Notes: a model not told the origin generated them from the sequence alone. A DNA stretch of 64,000 nucleotides from Candidatus Obscuribacterales bacterium (GCA_020634035.1 JACKCM010000007.1:42508-106507), one strand, 5' to 3'. Counted from the first letter of the stretch, positions 11,252-22,700 are shown. Translations and numbers: made by a program.

Positions 11252-11875
11252 GTGACAACTGCGAAGGCGATCAGGCAAGCCATTGAAGCAATGCCCGAAG
11301 GTAAGCCGTTTTTGACAAAAGATCTTCTTGGGCTGGGTACACGTGCTGCAGTCGATCAAGTGCTCTATAGAATGGCCAAAAATGAGGAAATTGTACGAGT
11401 CGCCCGTGGCATTTACGCGCGTCCAAAGTGGAACAAGTATGTAAAAGCTCCGGTTCTGCCAGAGCCTTATGAAGTTGCCGCATTGATTGCCAAAACAAGA
11501 GGCGTCAAAGTCGGCGTGACCGGAGCAGAGGCTGCTCATCGGCTAGGTCTGTCAACACAGATGCCGACTCAACCTGTCTACTTAACCACTGGCCGGACTG
11601 GCGAAGTTAAGCTGGGTAAAAACACCATCCGCCTTCGGCATGTTTCTCCTCGTCAGATGCAGTATGCAGGAACAGAAGTTGGTGTCGCGATAGCTGCTAT
11701 TCGTTATCTGGGAAAAGAATTCGTCACCGCGCGCGTTATTTCTTCTCTCGAGCGAGCCCTGACAAAGGATGATTTTGAAACGCTTCGCACGGCTACGACC
11801 GCACTGCCTGGCTGGGCGATGGACAAATTCTTTCAATATGAGGCTCGCCATGGCGGACGAGTTTCTTCGGCTTAG
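11252..11875 (+). CDS. abiEi: type IV TA antitoxin, AbiEi family
   Basis: 207-aa protein with GTG start and an N-terminal wHTH-like region; GIYARP motif. It overlaps the downstream AbiEii gene by 26 bp. Confidence 0.65.
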   Translation: MTTAKAIRQAIEAMPEGKPFLTKDLLGLGTRAAVDQVLYRMAKNEEIVRVARGIYARPKWNKYVKAPVLPEPYEVAALIAKTRGVKVGVTGAEAAHRLGLSTQMPTQPVYLTTGRTGEVKLGKNTIRLRHVSPRQMQYAGTEVGVAIAAIRYLGKEFVTARVISSLERALTKDDFETLRTATTALPGWAMDKFFQYEARHGGRVSSA

Positions 11876-12836
11876 CGCAGAAGTCCAGCAAGAAGTAATA
11901 AACGCAGCAGCCTCGAAGTTGGGGATGTTACCCGCGGTGCTGGAAAAGGACGTTTGGGTTTGCTATGTATTGAAGATTCTTTATGCTATGCCAGATCGAA
12001 GACCGATGGTTTTCAAAGGTGGCACGTCGCTGTCGAAAGTTTTCAACTTGATTAATCGCTTTTCAGAGGACATAGATGTTTCTATCGACTTCCTTGAAGA
12101 TTACGCGAAGCCAATCTCTAAAACTAAAGCAGGAAAAATAAGAGACGAAATCGAATCGAATTTGCGAATCTATAAAAGTGATAGATTGCTCCCAGTCTTA
12201 AGCAAAGAAGCGCGTCTTTACGGACTGACCGTTGAAGCAGGTGATACCGATTGGGAAATACACGTCAATTACAATTCTGTCTTAAAAAGTATTCCGAGTT
12301 ATTTGAAAGCTCGAGTTAAAATCGAGTTGAGTGGACGAAATGAGATCGTTCCAAGTTCGCGGCATGTCGTACATCCTTATCTCCAGGAGCAGACGACGGA
12401 TCTTCTTTTTCCTGAAGCTGCAGTGGATGCTCTTTCCGCCGAGCGGACCTTCTGGGAGAAGGTTACTCTGATTCATGCAGGTTTAAATGCTGGTACTATT
12501 CAAAGATCTCCTCATCGTCTGTCGCGTCATTGGTCGGATATCTCGGTCATTGCTAAGACAGATACCGGCGAGCGAGCAATCAGGGATGAAGAGCTGCTTC
12601 TCAAGGTTGTCGACCACAAAGACTCATTCTGGCGGGATGGTAAGGCTAAATACGACGATTGTCGAAACAGAAAGTTTAAACTGGTTCCAACTGGCAATAC
12701 ACTAAATCTGCTCAAAGCTGACTATCAAGCCATGGTTGAATCCGGGATGTTTTTCAGCGAAAGACCAGCTTTGTTTGAGGAGATCATTGATGACATTCAG
12801 AGACTTGAATCTCGGCTTAATGGACGGTCTGTATAG
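11850..12836 (+). CDS. abiEii: nucleotidyltransferase toxin AbiEii/AbiGii family (DUF1814)
   Basis: Motif VFKGGTSLSKVF...DIDVSIDF typical of AbiEii NTase. The ATG at 11850 is in frame with the ORF-track start at 11769. Confidence 0.8.
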   Translation: MADEFLRLSAEVQQEVINAAASKLGMLPAVLEKDVWVCYVLKILYAMPDRRPMVFKGGTSLSKVFNLINRFSEDIDVSIDFLEDYAKPISKTKAGKIRDEIESNLRIYKSDRLLPVLSKEARLYGLTVEAGDTDWEIHVNYNSVLKSIPSYLKARVKIELSGRNEIVPSSRHVVHPYLQEQTTDLLFPEAAVDALSAERTFWEKVTLIHAGLNAGTIQRSPHRLSRHWSDISVIAKTDTGERAIRDEELLLKVVDHKDSFWRDGKAKYDDCRNRKFKLVPTGNTLNLLKADYQAMVESGMFFSERPALFEEIIDDIQRLESRLNGRSV

Positions 12837-12853
12837 TCCGAATTCATATGACT

Positions 12854-12908
12854 TGATTTCTTCCCTTATGTCAGGCTTTCTGAAGCGACAAGGGGGTCTT
12901 GACGCTTT
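12854..12908. repeat. direct repeat copy B (partner of 7469-7524)
   Basis: It starts 18 bp after the abiEii stop and sits immediately upstream of the HTH gene at 12951. Confidence 0.7.
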
Positions 12909-12950
12909 CTTGTTTGGATTAATTCTGTTCCCGAATGGGAAACTATAAAT

Positions 12951-13424
12951 ATGCAACGTGATCTCGCATCAAGAATACGACGAAGGCAGCTGGAAGAACT
13001 AGGAGGCAGAGCAGTGTCGACAGCCATAAGTGATGACAATAAAGCATACAGAAAGCTGATCAATCGTTTTCCGCTTCGCCCCATACGTGATGATGAACAG
13101 AATGAGCAGGCAGCAAAAATTTGCGATCAACTTCTTGACCGAATCGATTCATTGAGTCCCTCTGAGAGCGACTATCTAGAAGTACTGAGCGATCTAGTCG
13201 CCAAGTATGAATCTAAATGGGATTCTGAATGCGCTTCCATGACGCCACGCGAACTTATTCGCTACCTCATGGACCAGAACGCTCTGGCTCAGAAAGATCT
13301 GGTGCCAGAATTTGGTTCGCCCAGTCGTGTATCAGAATTTTTGAAGGGCGAAAGGGATCTCAGTCTGGAGCAGGCAAAACGAATTGCTGCGCGCTTTCGT
13401 TTGAATATTGCGGCCCTGATATAG
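12951..13424 (+). CDS. HigA-like HTH (XRE-type) antitoxin/regulator, apparently orphan
   Basis: 157-aa protein with a C-terminal HTH (TPRELIRYLMDQNALAQKDLV...SRVSEFLKGERDLSLEQAKRIAARF). No RelE/HigB-like partner ORF is seen upstream. Confidence 0.5.
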   Translation: MQRDLASRIRRRQLEELGGRAVSTAISDDNKAYRKLINRFPLRPIRDDEQNEQAAKICDQLLDRIDSLSPSESDYLEVLSDLVAKYESKWDSECASMTPRELIRYLMDQNALAQKDLVPEFGSPSRVSEFLKGERDLSLEQAKRIAARFRLNIAALI

Positions 13425-13436
13425 AAAGATATTGCG

Positions 13437-14204
13437 TTAGCGCTGTTCGAGCATGCGCTTTATGCAGTTGCCGTCGCGCTCCATGGACCATGCGGTGCTA
13501 TTGTCGGTGGTGCCGTCTTCGCAGTCTTCTTTCAGGCGCCCGCCGTCATCCGGCACACCGGGACAATTTTTGTAGGCTTCTCCGAATAGATATAGAGATT
13601 CGTAGGCGTTGTATTTGCCTGCGACAAGGGCGTCGTCGGCAGCATGCTTCTCCGGATTCAGCCGCCAGCGGTCTCGATAGGCTACTTTGCCAGAGATAGC
13701 TATCTGAATAGAGCTATCCATCTCTCTAAACTGCCAGCATTCTCCCATGGCTATTCGGCCTGCGCTAAAAGAATCTTTCAACAGAAGCCCACTGGATTCA
13801 TGCATCTCTACTTTTATCCGCTGGGTCAAACCGGAATCTGCTGTTAGAATAAATGGCTGCGGACAAAAGCACAGCTTGCTGTCGCGTCCCAGTTTAATAA
13901 CCACGTCCTGGCGCGAGCTTCCGGTGTAGACCAGGCATGCTGCCTGGGTGCGGACCTCTAGCGTGGCACCGTCTGCGACATCAATCTCTATTTCGTGCCG
14001 ATCGCCATCTAAAAGCCCCGCCGACGGACTGCGCAAAAACACTGTCGGGTGATTGTTGCGGCTTAGATAAAGCGGGCGGTGCACTTGCAATGGTGCCTTG
14101 CCAAACTGGTGGCTGACCACCGACCGATTCTCTTGCGGGCGGTAATCCGTTCGCAAACGGGCGATGCCGTGGTTAAGCACGAGCCAGCCCTTCGAAAAGC
14201 ACAT
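13437..14204 (-). CDS. ureD: urease accessory protein UreD/UreH
   Basis: 255-aa protein with the UreD-like LQVHRPLYL...LLDGDR motifs; overlaps the ureG 3' end. Confidence 0.85.
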   Translation of the reverse strand: MCFSKGWLVLNHGIARLRTDYRPQENRSVVSHQFGKAPLQVHRPLYLSRNNHPTVFLRSPSAGLLDGDRHEIEIDVADGATLEVRTQAACLVYTGSSRQDVVIKLGRDSKLCFCPQPFILTADSGLTQRIKVEMHESSGLLLKDSFSAGRIAMGECWQFREMDSSIQIAISGKVAYRDRWRLNPEKHAADDALVAGKYNAYESLYLFGEAYKNCPGVPDDGGRLKEDCEDGTTDNSTAWSMERDGNCIKRMLEQR

Positions 14205-14796
14205 GCTTCTCTATCCAGGCGACGACCTCGTCAACATTTTTGTCATGCCTGATATCGGTAAAGATAAACGGACGCCCCTGGCGAATTTTTGTAGAGTCGC
14301 GCTCCATGACGTCTAAATCTGCGCCCACATAGGGGGCCAGGTCGATTTTATTGATTACAAGTAGATCCGAGCGGCTTATCGCCGGTCCACCCTTGCGCGG
14401 TATTTTGTCGCCCTCGGCAACATCGATGACATAGATGAACGCGTCCACAAGCTCTGGGCTGAAGGTCGCGGCTAAATTATCGCCGCCCGATTCCAGAAAG
14501 ACTATGTCAGGCGAAAAGCGGCTTTCAAGCTTCTCTAGCGCGTCTATATTCAGCGACGCGTCCTCGCGTATGGCAGTATGCGGGCAGCCACCGGTCTCGA
14601 CACCAACAATTCGCTCTGGTTCGAGCACGCCCTGCCGTATTAAAAACTCGGCGTCCTCTCTTGTATAGATGTCATTGGTGACCACAGCCACCGAGTGGCT
14701 GTCTCTCATCATCCGACAGAGGCTTGCCACCAGCGCCGTTTTGCCAGAGCCCACCGGTCCGCCGATGCCTATTCTCACTGCTTTTCGTTCTGTCAT
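14173..14796 (-). CDS. ureG: urease accessory GTPase UreG
   Basis: P-loop GGPVGSGKT and the canonical UreG sequence over 207 aa. Confidence 0.95.
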   Translation of the reverse strand: MTERKAVRIGIGGPVGSGKTALVASLCRMMRDSHSVAVVTNDIYTREDAEFLIRQGVLEPERIVGVETGGCPHTAIREDASLNIDALEKLESRFSPDIVFLESGGDNLAATFSPELVDAFIYVIDVAEGDKIPRKGGPAISRSDLLVINKIDLAPYVGADLDVMERDSTKIRQGRPFIFTDIRHDKNVDEVVAWIEKHVLFEGLARA

Positions 14797-14868
14797 TCTT
14801 GTTATTTCTGTGATTGGCGGTTTAGATCCGCTGCTATCGAAGCAACTATATTATACTAATCGTCTATT
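14797..14868. promoter_or_regulatory. divergent intergenic region between ureG and ureA (putative bidirectional promoter)
   Basis: 72-bp AT-rich spacer (tatattatactaat) between divergently transcribed ure genes. Confidence 0.3.
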
Positions 14869-15213
14869 TTGGTTTTCGAAAAATTTGGCTCTAAAAGCTC
14901 TGGAGATGTCATGAATCTATCGCCTGTTGAGAAAGAGAAGCTGCTGGTTTTTCTTGCCGCGCAGCTTGCCGAGAGGCGCAAAGCCAGGGGCTTGAAACTC
15001 AATCATCCAGAGGCGCTGGCGATTCTCACCTTCACCCTCATGGAAGGCGCTCGCGATGGTAAAAGCGTTGCCGAACTTATGAGCGAAGGGACGCAGATTC
15101 TCAATCGTGATGATGTCATGCAAGGTGTGCCCGAGATGATCCATGAACTTCAGGTGGAGGCGACCTTTCCCGATGGTACCAAGCTGATAACGGTAGAACA
15201 GCCGATTCGCTGA
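14869..15213 (+). CDS. ureA: urease gamma subunit
   Basis: [14 protein letters not shown]...HPEALA, canonical UreA. Confidence 0.95.
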   Translation: MVFEKFGSKSSGDVMNLSPVEKEKLLVFLAAQLAERRKARGLKLNHPEALAILTFTLMEGARDGKSVAELMSEGTQILNRDDVMQGVPEMIHELQVEATFPDGTKLITVEQPIR

Positions 15214-15289
15214 GGGCACCGCGGGCAGTAGCACGTGATTTTGTCGAGTATTTAGTAAGAATGCAATAGAGACTATCTGGGAGAAGCCG

Positions 15290-15649
15290 ATGAGACCAGG
15301 CGAATTTATTTTAGAAGAGACAGAGATAGAAGCCAATGTGGGCAGAAAGACGGTTCGTTTAACCGTGCGCAACGCAGGCGACAGACCTATACAGGTGGGG
15401 ACGCACTTTCACTTCTTCGAGGTCAATCGAAAGCTTTTGTTCAATCGGGAGCAGGCTCTTGGAATGCGGCTCAATATCCCTGCCGGCACAGCTGTGCGCT
15501 TCGAAGCAGGACAGTCACACGAAGTCGAGCTGGTGGAGCTATCTGGCGACGGTCTTATTCATGGATTCAACCGGCTGGTGGAAGGCAACATCAATGACCC
15601 CGATGTCAGAAAAGCCGCTCTAGAGAAGATGGCTGAATTTATAAAATGA
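15290..15649 (+). CDS. ureB: urease beta subunit
   Basis: GEFIL...[16 protein letters not shown]...GTAVRFE, canonical UreB. Confidence 0.9.
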   Translation: MRPGEFILEETEIEANVGRKTVRLTVRNAGDRPIQVGTHFHFFEVNRKLLFNREQALGMRLNIPAGTAVRFEAGQSHEVELVELSGDGLIHGFNRLVEGNINDPDVRKAALEKMAEFIK

Positions 15650-16324
15650 AAAGTGGCGGCGCCCTACTGAAGCTCATACAGCTAACTGATTCCGCCTTTC
15701 CCATAGGTGGCTATGCTCATTCATATGGATTGGAAACTTTGATAGAAGGTGGAGTCCGAGACGCCGATGCCTGCGCCCGGGCTATAGGCAGCATACTAGA
15801 GAGAGCCATTGCCCCCATGGACGGTACCGCCTGTTCGCTCGGTTATAAGATGGCTGAGGGCAACGATATCGCCGGTTTCATGCACCTTAATGAAGTGCTT
15901 TCTGCCATGAAATGGCCAGAAGAGATCTGTCGTGCATCCCTTGCTCTGGGCGAGCGCACTATAAAGCTTGCCACCCAGCTTTCTTGGATCGAAGCATCAG
16001 AAGTCGAAACTTTAGATTTCAAAGGTGGTGTCCATCATGCGCCAGTGTTCGGCTGGCTCTGTCAACGTATCGCAGTCACCGAAGCCGAAGCAGTCAACGC
16101 TTATCTTCATTGCTCGGCGGCGGTCTGATATCAGTCTGTGTCAGACTGGTCCCTCTGGGTCACAGCGCCGGACAAAGCTTTTAGCCGGCATGGCTCCGAC
16201 TATAGAAAGCCTTGCCCCCGGGTGCATAGAGTGCTCCATCGAGGAGATGGGCTCTTTTATGCCTTTATATGAAAAGGCTTGCGCCGAGCACCGCAATCTA
16301 CATACCAGATTGTTTCAGTCTTAG
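15646..16324 (+). pseudogene. ureF: urease accessory protein UreF, disrupted by two frameshifts
   Basis: The N-terminal 160 aa (LLKLIQLTDSAFPIGGYAHSYGLE) read in one frame to a stop at 16128. The conserved continuation LISVCVRLVPLGHSAGQ is in a second frame (to 16184), and the conserved C-terminus LLAGMAPTIESL...HTRLFQS is in a third frame (to 16324). Confidence 0.7.
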
Positions 16325-16361
16325 ATATTTTGAGTAAACCAGGAGAAACCGGAGCCGCACC

Positions 16362-18080
16362 ATGACATTGAAGATTCCCCGAGACACCTATGTATCGCTC
16401 TACGGACCTACCAAAGGCGATCGCGTCCGCCTGGCAGATACGGATTTGCTTATAGAAGTCGAAGAAGACCGCACTGTATACGGTGACGAAATAAAATTCG
16501 GCGGCGGTAAAACAACCCGAGACGGTCAGGGGCAAAGCCCGACGGCTTTGTCTCGCGAAGGCGCTCTCGATGTGGTTATTACCAATGCGCTTATCTTAGA
16601 CTGGTGGGGGATTGTCAAAGCCGATGTCGGTATAAAAGACGGCAAGATAAAAGGCATAGGCAAAGCCGGTAATCCACATATTCAAGAAGGCGTCCATCCG
16701 GACCTTGTGGTCGGAGCGGGCACCGATGTGATATCCGGCGAGGGTATGATCCTCACCGCAGGCGGTGTCGACACCCATGTTCACTTCATCTGTCCCCAGC
16801 TCTGTGACTATGCCATCGCGGCAGGCATGACCACCCTCATCGGCGGTGGCATCGGTCCTTCGGCAAGCTCCATCGCCACCACCTGCAGCCCTGGTGTTTT
16901 CAACCTCCATCGTATGCTGGCAAGCTCCGAAGCCTTCCCTGTTAATGTAGGCTTTTATGGCAAGGGCAACTGCAGCCTGGAGGCTCCCATAGAAGAGCAA
17001 GTCGAAGCCGGAGCCTGCGGCATGAAGATCCACGAGGACTGGGGCGCTACACCGGCGGTAATAGACGCCTGCCTCAGCGTCAGCGACCGTTATGACATTC
17101 AGACCGCCATCCATACAGATACCCTTAACGAAGCCGGTTTTGTCGAAGATACTATTAAAGCCATCGCCGGTAGAGCTATCCACACTTTCCACACAGAAGG
17201 TGCGGGTGGCGGTCATGCCCCGGATATCATAAAAATCGCCGGGCACGCTAATATCTTGCCGAGCTCTACGAATCCCACCAGGCCCTTCACCGTGAACACG
17301 ATAGAAGAGCACCTCGATATGCTCATGGTCTGCCACAACCTGCATAAAGAGGTCCCCGAAGACGTTAAATTTGCCGAATCGAGAATTCGCCCCCAGACCA
17401 TAGCGGCAGAAGACGTCTTGCAAGATATCGGTGCCATCTCTATGTTCTCGTCAGACTCTCAGGCGATGGGACGCATTACCGAGGTGGTGCTGCGCGCCTG
17501 GCAGACCGCCGACAAGATGAAGAAGCAGTTCGGTCCGCTTGCCTCTGACAGCGACCGCAACGACAACACCCGCGCCAAGCGCTATGTCGCCAAGTATACT
17601 ATCAATCCTGCCATCACCCATGGGGTCGGGCACATCATAGGCTCGGTCGAGATCGGCAAATGGGCCGATTTGGTTCTATGGAATCCACAGTTCTTTGGGG
17701 TGAAGCCAGAGATGGTGCTGAAAGGCGGCATGATCGCCTATGCCCAGATGGGTTCACCCGCTGCCTCCATACCGACACCGCAACCGGTGCTTCCTCGTCC
17801 TATGTTCGGTAGCCTGGGCGGTGCCAGATCTTCTTGTAACCTTGTCTTCATGTCTGCCGCCGGTATCGCCAATGGGGTCCCGGAAAAATTGAATCTTACC
17901 AGGCAGGTGGTGGCGACTGAGAATTGCCGCAACATAGCCAAGAAGGACATGCGGCTTAATGACGCTTTGCCTTCGATAGAGGTCAATCCCGAGACCTATG
18001 AAGTCTTCGTCGATGGCAAGCTCGCGAAGACCGAACCCTCGGAGAAATTGCCCATGTCTCAGTTGTATTTCTTGTTTTAA
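16362..18080 (+). CDS. ureC: urease alpha subunit
   Basis: 572-aa protein with canonical UreC N-terminus ([15 protein letters not shown]) and metal-centre His residues. Confidence 0.95.
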   Translation: MTLKIPRDTYVSLYGPTKGDRVRLADTDLLIEVEEDRTVYGDEIKFGGGKTTRDGQGQSPTALSREGALDVVITNALILDWWGIVKADVGIKDGKIKGIGKAGNPHIQEGVHPDLVVGAGTDVISGEGMILTAGGVDTHVHFICPQLCDYAIAAGMTTLIGGGIGPSASSIATTCSPGVFNLHRMLASSEAFPVNVGFYGKGNCSLEAPIEEQVEAGACGMKIHEDWGATPAVIDACLSVSDRYDIQTAIHTDTLNEAGFVEDTIKAIAGRAIHTFHTEGAGGGHAPDIIKIAGHANILPSSTNPTRPFTVNTIEEHLDMLMVCHNLHKEVPEDVKFAESRIRPQTIAAEDVLQDIGAISMFSSDSQAMGRITEVVLRAWQTADKMKKQFGPLASDSDRNDNTRAKRYVAKYTINPAITHGVGHIIGSVEIGKWADLVLWNPQFFGVKPEMVLKGGMIAYAQMGSPAASIPTPQPVLPRPMFGSLGGARSSCNLVFMSAAGIANGVPEKLNLTRQVVATENCRNIAKKDMRLNDALPSIEVNPETYEVFVDGKLAKTEPSEKLPMSQLYFLF

Positions 18081-18097
18081 CGCTTAAGGAGATTGCT

Positions 18098-18547
18098 ATG
18101 TCCATTGTCGTAGAGGCGCTGCCCGAGCATAAAGATGCCGGCGATTTTGATGGCTTAGTTGTTGATTTTGTCGAGCTAAATTACCATGACCGCTGCCGTC
18201 CCCGCCAGATTGTCGCGACCGCAGGCGGACGCGAACTGGCGCTCGCCCTGCCGCGTGGCACGGTGCTGACCGACGGCGTGGTGCTGCATCGCGACCAGGA
18301 AGTCGTGGTCACTGTTGTCGCCAAGCCAGAGCAAGTGGTTCGCATTCAACCCGAGGACAATCGCGAGCTTTGTGTGGTCGCCCATCATCTGGGCAACTGG
18401 CACCGGTCGCTAGAGGCACTGACAGACGGAAGCGTTCTCACCGAGGTCGACGCGCCTCTAGAAGACTGGCTGAAAAAGCATGGTATCGTCTACAGCATCG
18501 AGACGCGCGCCTATCAGCCCAATCTGAAAGGCAACTCCCATGACTAG
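18098..18547 (+). CDS. ureE: urease accessory protein UreE (no His-rich tail)
   Basis: 149 aa with a UreE-like core (ALPRGTVLTDGVVL...HHLGNWH). Confidence 0.75.
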   Translation: MSIVVEALPEHKDAGDFDGLVVDFVELNYHDRCRPRQIVATAGGRELALALPRGTVLTDGVVLHRDQEVVVTVVAKPEQVVRIQPEDNRELCVVAHHLGNWHRSLEALTDGSVLTEVDAPLEDWLKKHGIVYSIETRAYQPNLKGNSHD

Positions 18548-18623
18548 GACAGATGATAGTAAAATTGATTTTGCTAGAGTGTGTTTGTATCTGTTTCTAC
18601 TGTAAGGTCTCCGGAGCTTTTTC

Positions 18624-19652
18624 ATGGACGACTCTAAAAATCTAGAAAGTCTCAGTAAGCGCAAAGCTTTATTAGACCGCGAGATTATGGCCTATCACCA
18701 GGCCGGCGTCGAAGTGCCGGCGGATCTCGAGAAAGCATTTTCAGAGCTGGAGAACCAGGAGAAAGAGCAGCAGCAGGAAGGCAGTGCTTCTCTGGGGACC
18801 GCGCCGGTTCTATGGACCGGTTGGCTTGGTAAGAAAGTCTCTGGCTATATAATCAATCACCTCTTGCATGAAGGCTCCTACTCTTGTGTTTTCGAAGTAG
18901 AGGACGCCGGAAAGAAGCTGGCTGTTAAAATCGCCAGCCATCCCGACAGCTATATAAATCTCGCCCGGGCGGAGAAAGACTCGGATGCAGTAAATGGCAA
19001 GAGTCTGGCGCTTTGTCCCGAGGGCACTATATTGACCCCGGAATACAACTCGGTGGTCGAAGAGCAGGCCAATCGTTTGAAGAAAGCCGGCAGACCGTTT
19101 GTGCCCATACTAGACAGCGGCAAGCTCGATGGGGCAGCGTACTATCTGATGCCCTTATTCGCCGGCAAGACCATGCGGCAGTTAATGAACGAAGGCAGCC
19201 TGAGCGACGTTGTAAAAGCCTTCAGAAGAATTCTCGACGCAATCAAGAAATTCGGCGTCGACGCCAACAGGCTCTCTTATTTCAGCAATCTGAAGCCGGA
19301 GCACATTATTTTTGAGGGTGACTCGCCCGTCTTTCTGGATGCAGGCTCTTCTGGATGGCTGAGCACCGCATCCGGCAGGCTTTCGGGGATTTTGACTACC
19401 CCCGGATACAACCCCGGCCTCGACAATGCGCCCTGGTCCGCCCTTGGCTTGATTCTATACGAGCTTGCCACAGGAGCCCATCGGCTGGAAGCGTCCACGG
19501 GTGGCACTTCCGGACCCTCTGGCGGCAGCAAGCTCCCTGTCGCTCTGACTAGAGAGCTGGAAAGCCTGGCGAGTTTATCTACGAGCCCCGAAAGCAAGCC
19601 AGATATTGCGTCTCTGGAACAGTTGCTCTCAGAAATTGAAAAACTAATCTAA
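18624..19652 (+). CDS. eukaryote-like Ser/Thr protein kinase-like protein, probably a pseudokinase
   Basis: It has a Gly-rich loop-like LHEGSYSCVF and an AVKI lysine. The catalytic loop reads SNLKPEH instead of HRDLKPEN (Asp to Asn). DFG is replaced by DAG. TPGYNPG replaces APE. Confidence 0.5.
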   Translation: MDDSKNLESLSKRKALLDREIMAYHQAGVEVPADLEKAFSELENQEKEQQQEGSASLGTAPVLWTGWLGKKVSGYIINHLLHEGSYSCVFEVEDAGKKLAVKIASHPDSYINLARAEKDSDAVNGKSLALCPEGTILTPEYNSVVEEQANRLKKAGRPFVPILDSGKLDGAAYYLMPLFAGKTMRQLMNEGSLSDVVKAFRRILDAIKKFGVDANRLSYFSNLKPEHIIFEGDSPVFLDAGSSGWLSTASGRLSGILTTPGYNPGLDNAPWSALGLILYELATGAHRLEASTGGTSGPSGGSKLPVALTRELESLASLSTSPESKPDIASLEQLLSEIEKLI

Positions 19653-19795
19653 GACCTGTCGAAGAACGGCTCGGCAGTCATATAGTCTATTAGTTTATAT
19701 GTATCCTGCTCACGGGTATAAAACTGAAGCACGCTATTGCGGGCTTTTTTTGTCCGATTCCGTTGTTCGTTGTCTAATTCCTTTGTCCCTTACCA

Positions 19796-22700
19796 ATGAC
19801 CGATACCAAGCAAATCGAGAAAAGCAGAGCCGATGGCGGCAAAGGCAGCGATAAAGATACCAAGGACGCAATCGCCGAGGTAAGTCGCCAGCAGTTCGAT
19901 GTGCCCAAAGCGGAAACCCAGGGCAGAGAATCTGCTACTAAGGCAGAAACCAAATCAGAAGCCGGAGGCGAGGCTCTCGCCCCTGTTGATGCAAGCAAGG
20001 TCAGCGACAGGCTGAGCCGGGAGTCTCTCGATGCCGACGCCCTCTCTATTCTCAAGGGCAATGACGGCAAAGGCGACCGCAGAGGCGACGGTAAAGATAG
20101 TGTGGCGCTTCACGCTCTCGAGATCACCGGAGCCCCAGAAGCGAAGCCAAAGCCAGAAGCCACCCCAGAGCAACGCCTTTCTGGCAAAGAGATTCAAAAA
20201 ATCGCCGAAGCAATAGATAATGCAGCCAATGGCGGCTTCCTGGGCATAGGCACCGACAAAGAGGCTATCAACGAACAGCTCCGGCGCCTCAAAACTCCAG
20301 AAGAACGAGAGACTCTGGATAGGCTCTACAAAATCAGAACCGGGCATGACATCGAGGCCGAGCTCAAAGACGAGCTGAGCGGCAGCGACCTCGCCAGAAG
20401 CATGGCGCTCTGGAAAGGTCAAAACGACACCGCCGTCAGGCTCAACACCGACCTGATAGAGCACGGCGAGTACTGGGGCGCTCGCTCGACCGCGAACGTC
20501 GAGAAAGACATCCGCATCAGCCTGAGCACCCTCACCTCGGACCAGGTCACAGAAGAGATGACCAAGTTCGAAGAGCGCTATGGCAAGTCGTTCAAAGAGA
20601 CCATCGCCAACAACCCGGATATCTCGAGAGAGACCAAAGAAGCCGTCGATATCTATCTCAAAGGCACGGACAAAAGAACCGACGCCGATACCGGTAAGCT
20701 TGCCCAGACCGCCCTTGAAACAAGAAATATGGATATGTTCCAGGAGGTTTTCTCTACGGCGTCGCCCGGCGCGCGCGCAGAGTTCATGAAGGACGATGGG
20801 GCGGACAAAATTCTGAAGGCGTTCGGCACGCCCTATGCCACCGAATATGATCCTGAGGTATATTACTTACCCAACGAAGATACCAAGCATGCGCTCGATT
20901 ATGCGCGCGGGGGCGGGCTCGAACTTGCCACCAAGATAGAAGCCAACACCGGCATTCTCATGGACAATGAAGACGCCATCGAGCTTGCTCTTGATGGTAT
21001 GTCCAAAGGTGAGAGAGCTTCTTATCTCCACGGTCGCGACCTCAGCGATAAGAACCCGTCGGGCTCACCGGCGAAGCCAGAATCAGAGCTATCGGCATCC
21101 GAAAAACAGGATCTTGCCTACTTCAAAGAGATCCGCACTGCCCTCGAGGGCGCCGGCAACGAAAGAGAACTCGCCGTCTGGGAAGACCGCATAAAGCATG
21201 GCAAAGACGGCAGTCTGGTAACAAAGCTGGCGGCCCATGGCGGTATCATCGACGATGGCATGAACGATGTGCTTGGTACCATCGAAGACATGTCTCAAGA
21301 AGACTGGAAGCGATTAAGAGAAGACAAAGACTTCTACAAAGAAGTAACCGGCGTCCTCAAGATAGACCTGAGCAAAAGTGAGATGTCCCGGGCTGAAGCC
21401 TTGCTGAAAGCCAAGATGGAAGCCGGCGACTATGATTATTCTAAAAAACATGTTCGCAGAGACGTATTCGACGCGCTCGCTGACAGCAGCACCGGTGATG
21501 AAGTCATAACGAATCTCAAGAAGATGACTCCTAAAGAGCAAGAGTGTTATCGTACTGATAATGATTTTAAAGAGCAGCTAGATGGCAAGGTAGATGGGTC
21601 TGTATTGCTGCCCGCGCACAGACAAGCTGCCGACTCTATCATGGATTCTATAAAGCAGGGCAAGCCACCAGAGAATGACATCGTCGCCAAGGTCTTCATG
21701 CACAGCGCAAAAGGAGACCGCGACGCCCGCGAAGTCGTATTAGACATAAAAGAAGCCATACGGAAAGACCCTGGCATCGTCGAAGCCTACCGCGCAGACC
21801 CGGAGTACAGAAGGAAGTTCGATGAGGCTCTAACAAATGCCGTTCTGCCCGCCGACAGAGAAAAGTATATAGACCCGATGCTCAATGGTGAGCGGCTGCC
21901 TTTCAAGACCCAGGCTCAGCTATATGACAGAATCATCAATGACGAGTCCGGTCTCTACGAGGCGATTAAGCGAGGCTCTCAAGAAGACTGGAACGAGATT
22001 GTCGCAGACCCCGACAAGGTGCTGGGCTTCTTAGGAGAGGATTATCGTGAGATCGCAGTAAACATCGCAAAACAGGGCGGCAAACTGCAGCCCGAAGACG
22101 AGATGCGAATCGCCATGCTCGGTGCCGGCACCGACGAGGCCGCACTTAAAAGATTGTCGAGGGACCTCACCCCAGAGATTGCCAGAGCCTTCGTAGAAAA
22201 GTATGACGCCGACGCCCTCGGCGATATGCTGGACGAGACCGGTGGCTCTGACAAGCAAGAGATTATTCTAGAAGCCAGACCGGATCCTAAAAATTCTACC
22301 GAGCTTTTATTCGACGTCTTAGACCGCACCACCAATAGTGTCGATGGCATAGGCGAAGCCATGGCCGATGGCGTCGACGGCACCGGCGACATGAGCAAAG
22401 ACCTGCTTAATAGACTTGCGGCATCTGTGGCCGAGTGTAATAGAGGCGACAAAGAGCTTACTAAAGAAGATCTGGTTAAAATCGAAGATCAGTTTAAAGA
22501 AGGTATCAGACTATACGGAGAGAGCGAAGAGTTCGCGGCAAACACCGCCGTCGACGCTGGCTTAATAACCCTTGCGGTTGCCACAGGCGGGGTGGGCAGC
22601 ATAGCCGCAGCGGCTTACTGGACCGCCGGCGGTGCGCTGGCTAAAGTAGGCACCAAGGCGATTATTCTGGGCGATGACTATGACTTTTGCAGTTCAGATG

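Noticed and set aside
13229-13699. Arg/Cys-rich 156-aa ORF overlapping both the HigA-like gene and ureD
   Set aside because: It lies in an alternative frame of two well-supported genes, and its Arg/Cys richness is typical of out-of-frame GC-rich sequence.
19655-19795. Possible intrinsic terminator after the kinase-like gene (gcacgctattgcgggcttttttt)
   Set aside because: The T-tract is present but the upstream stem is poorly complementary, so it is not reported as a feature.
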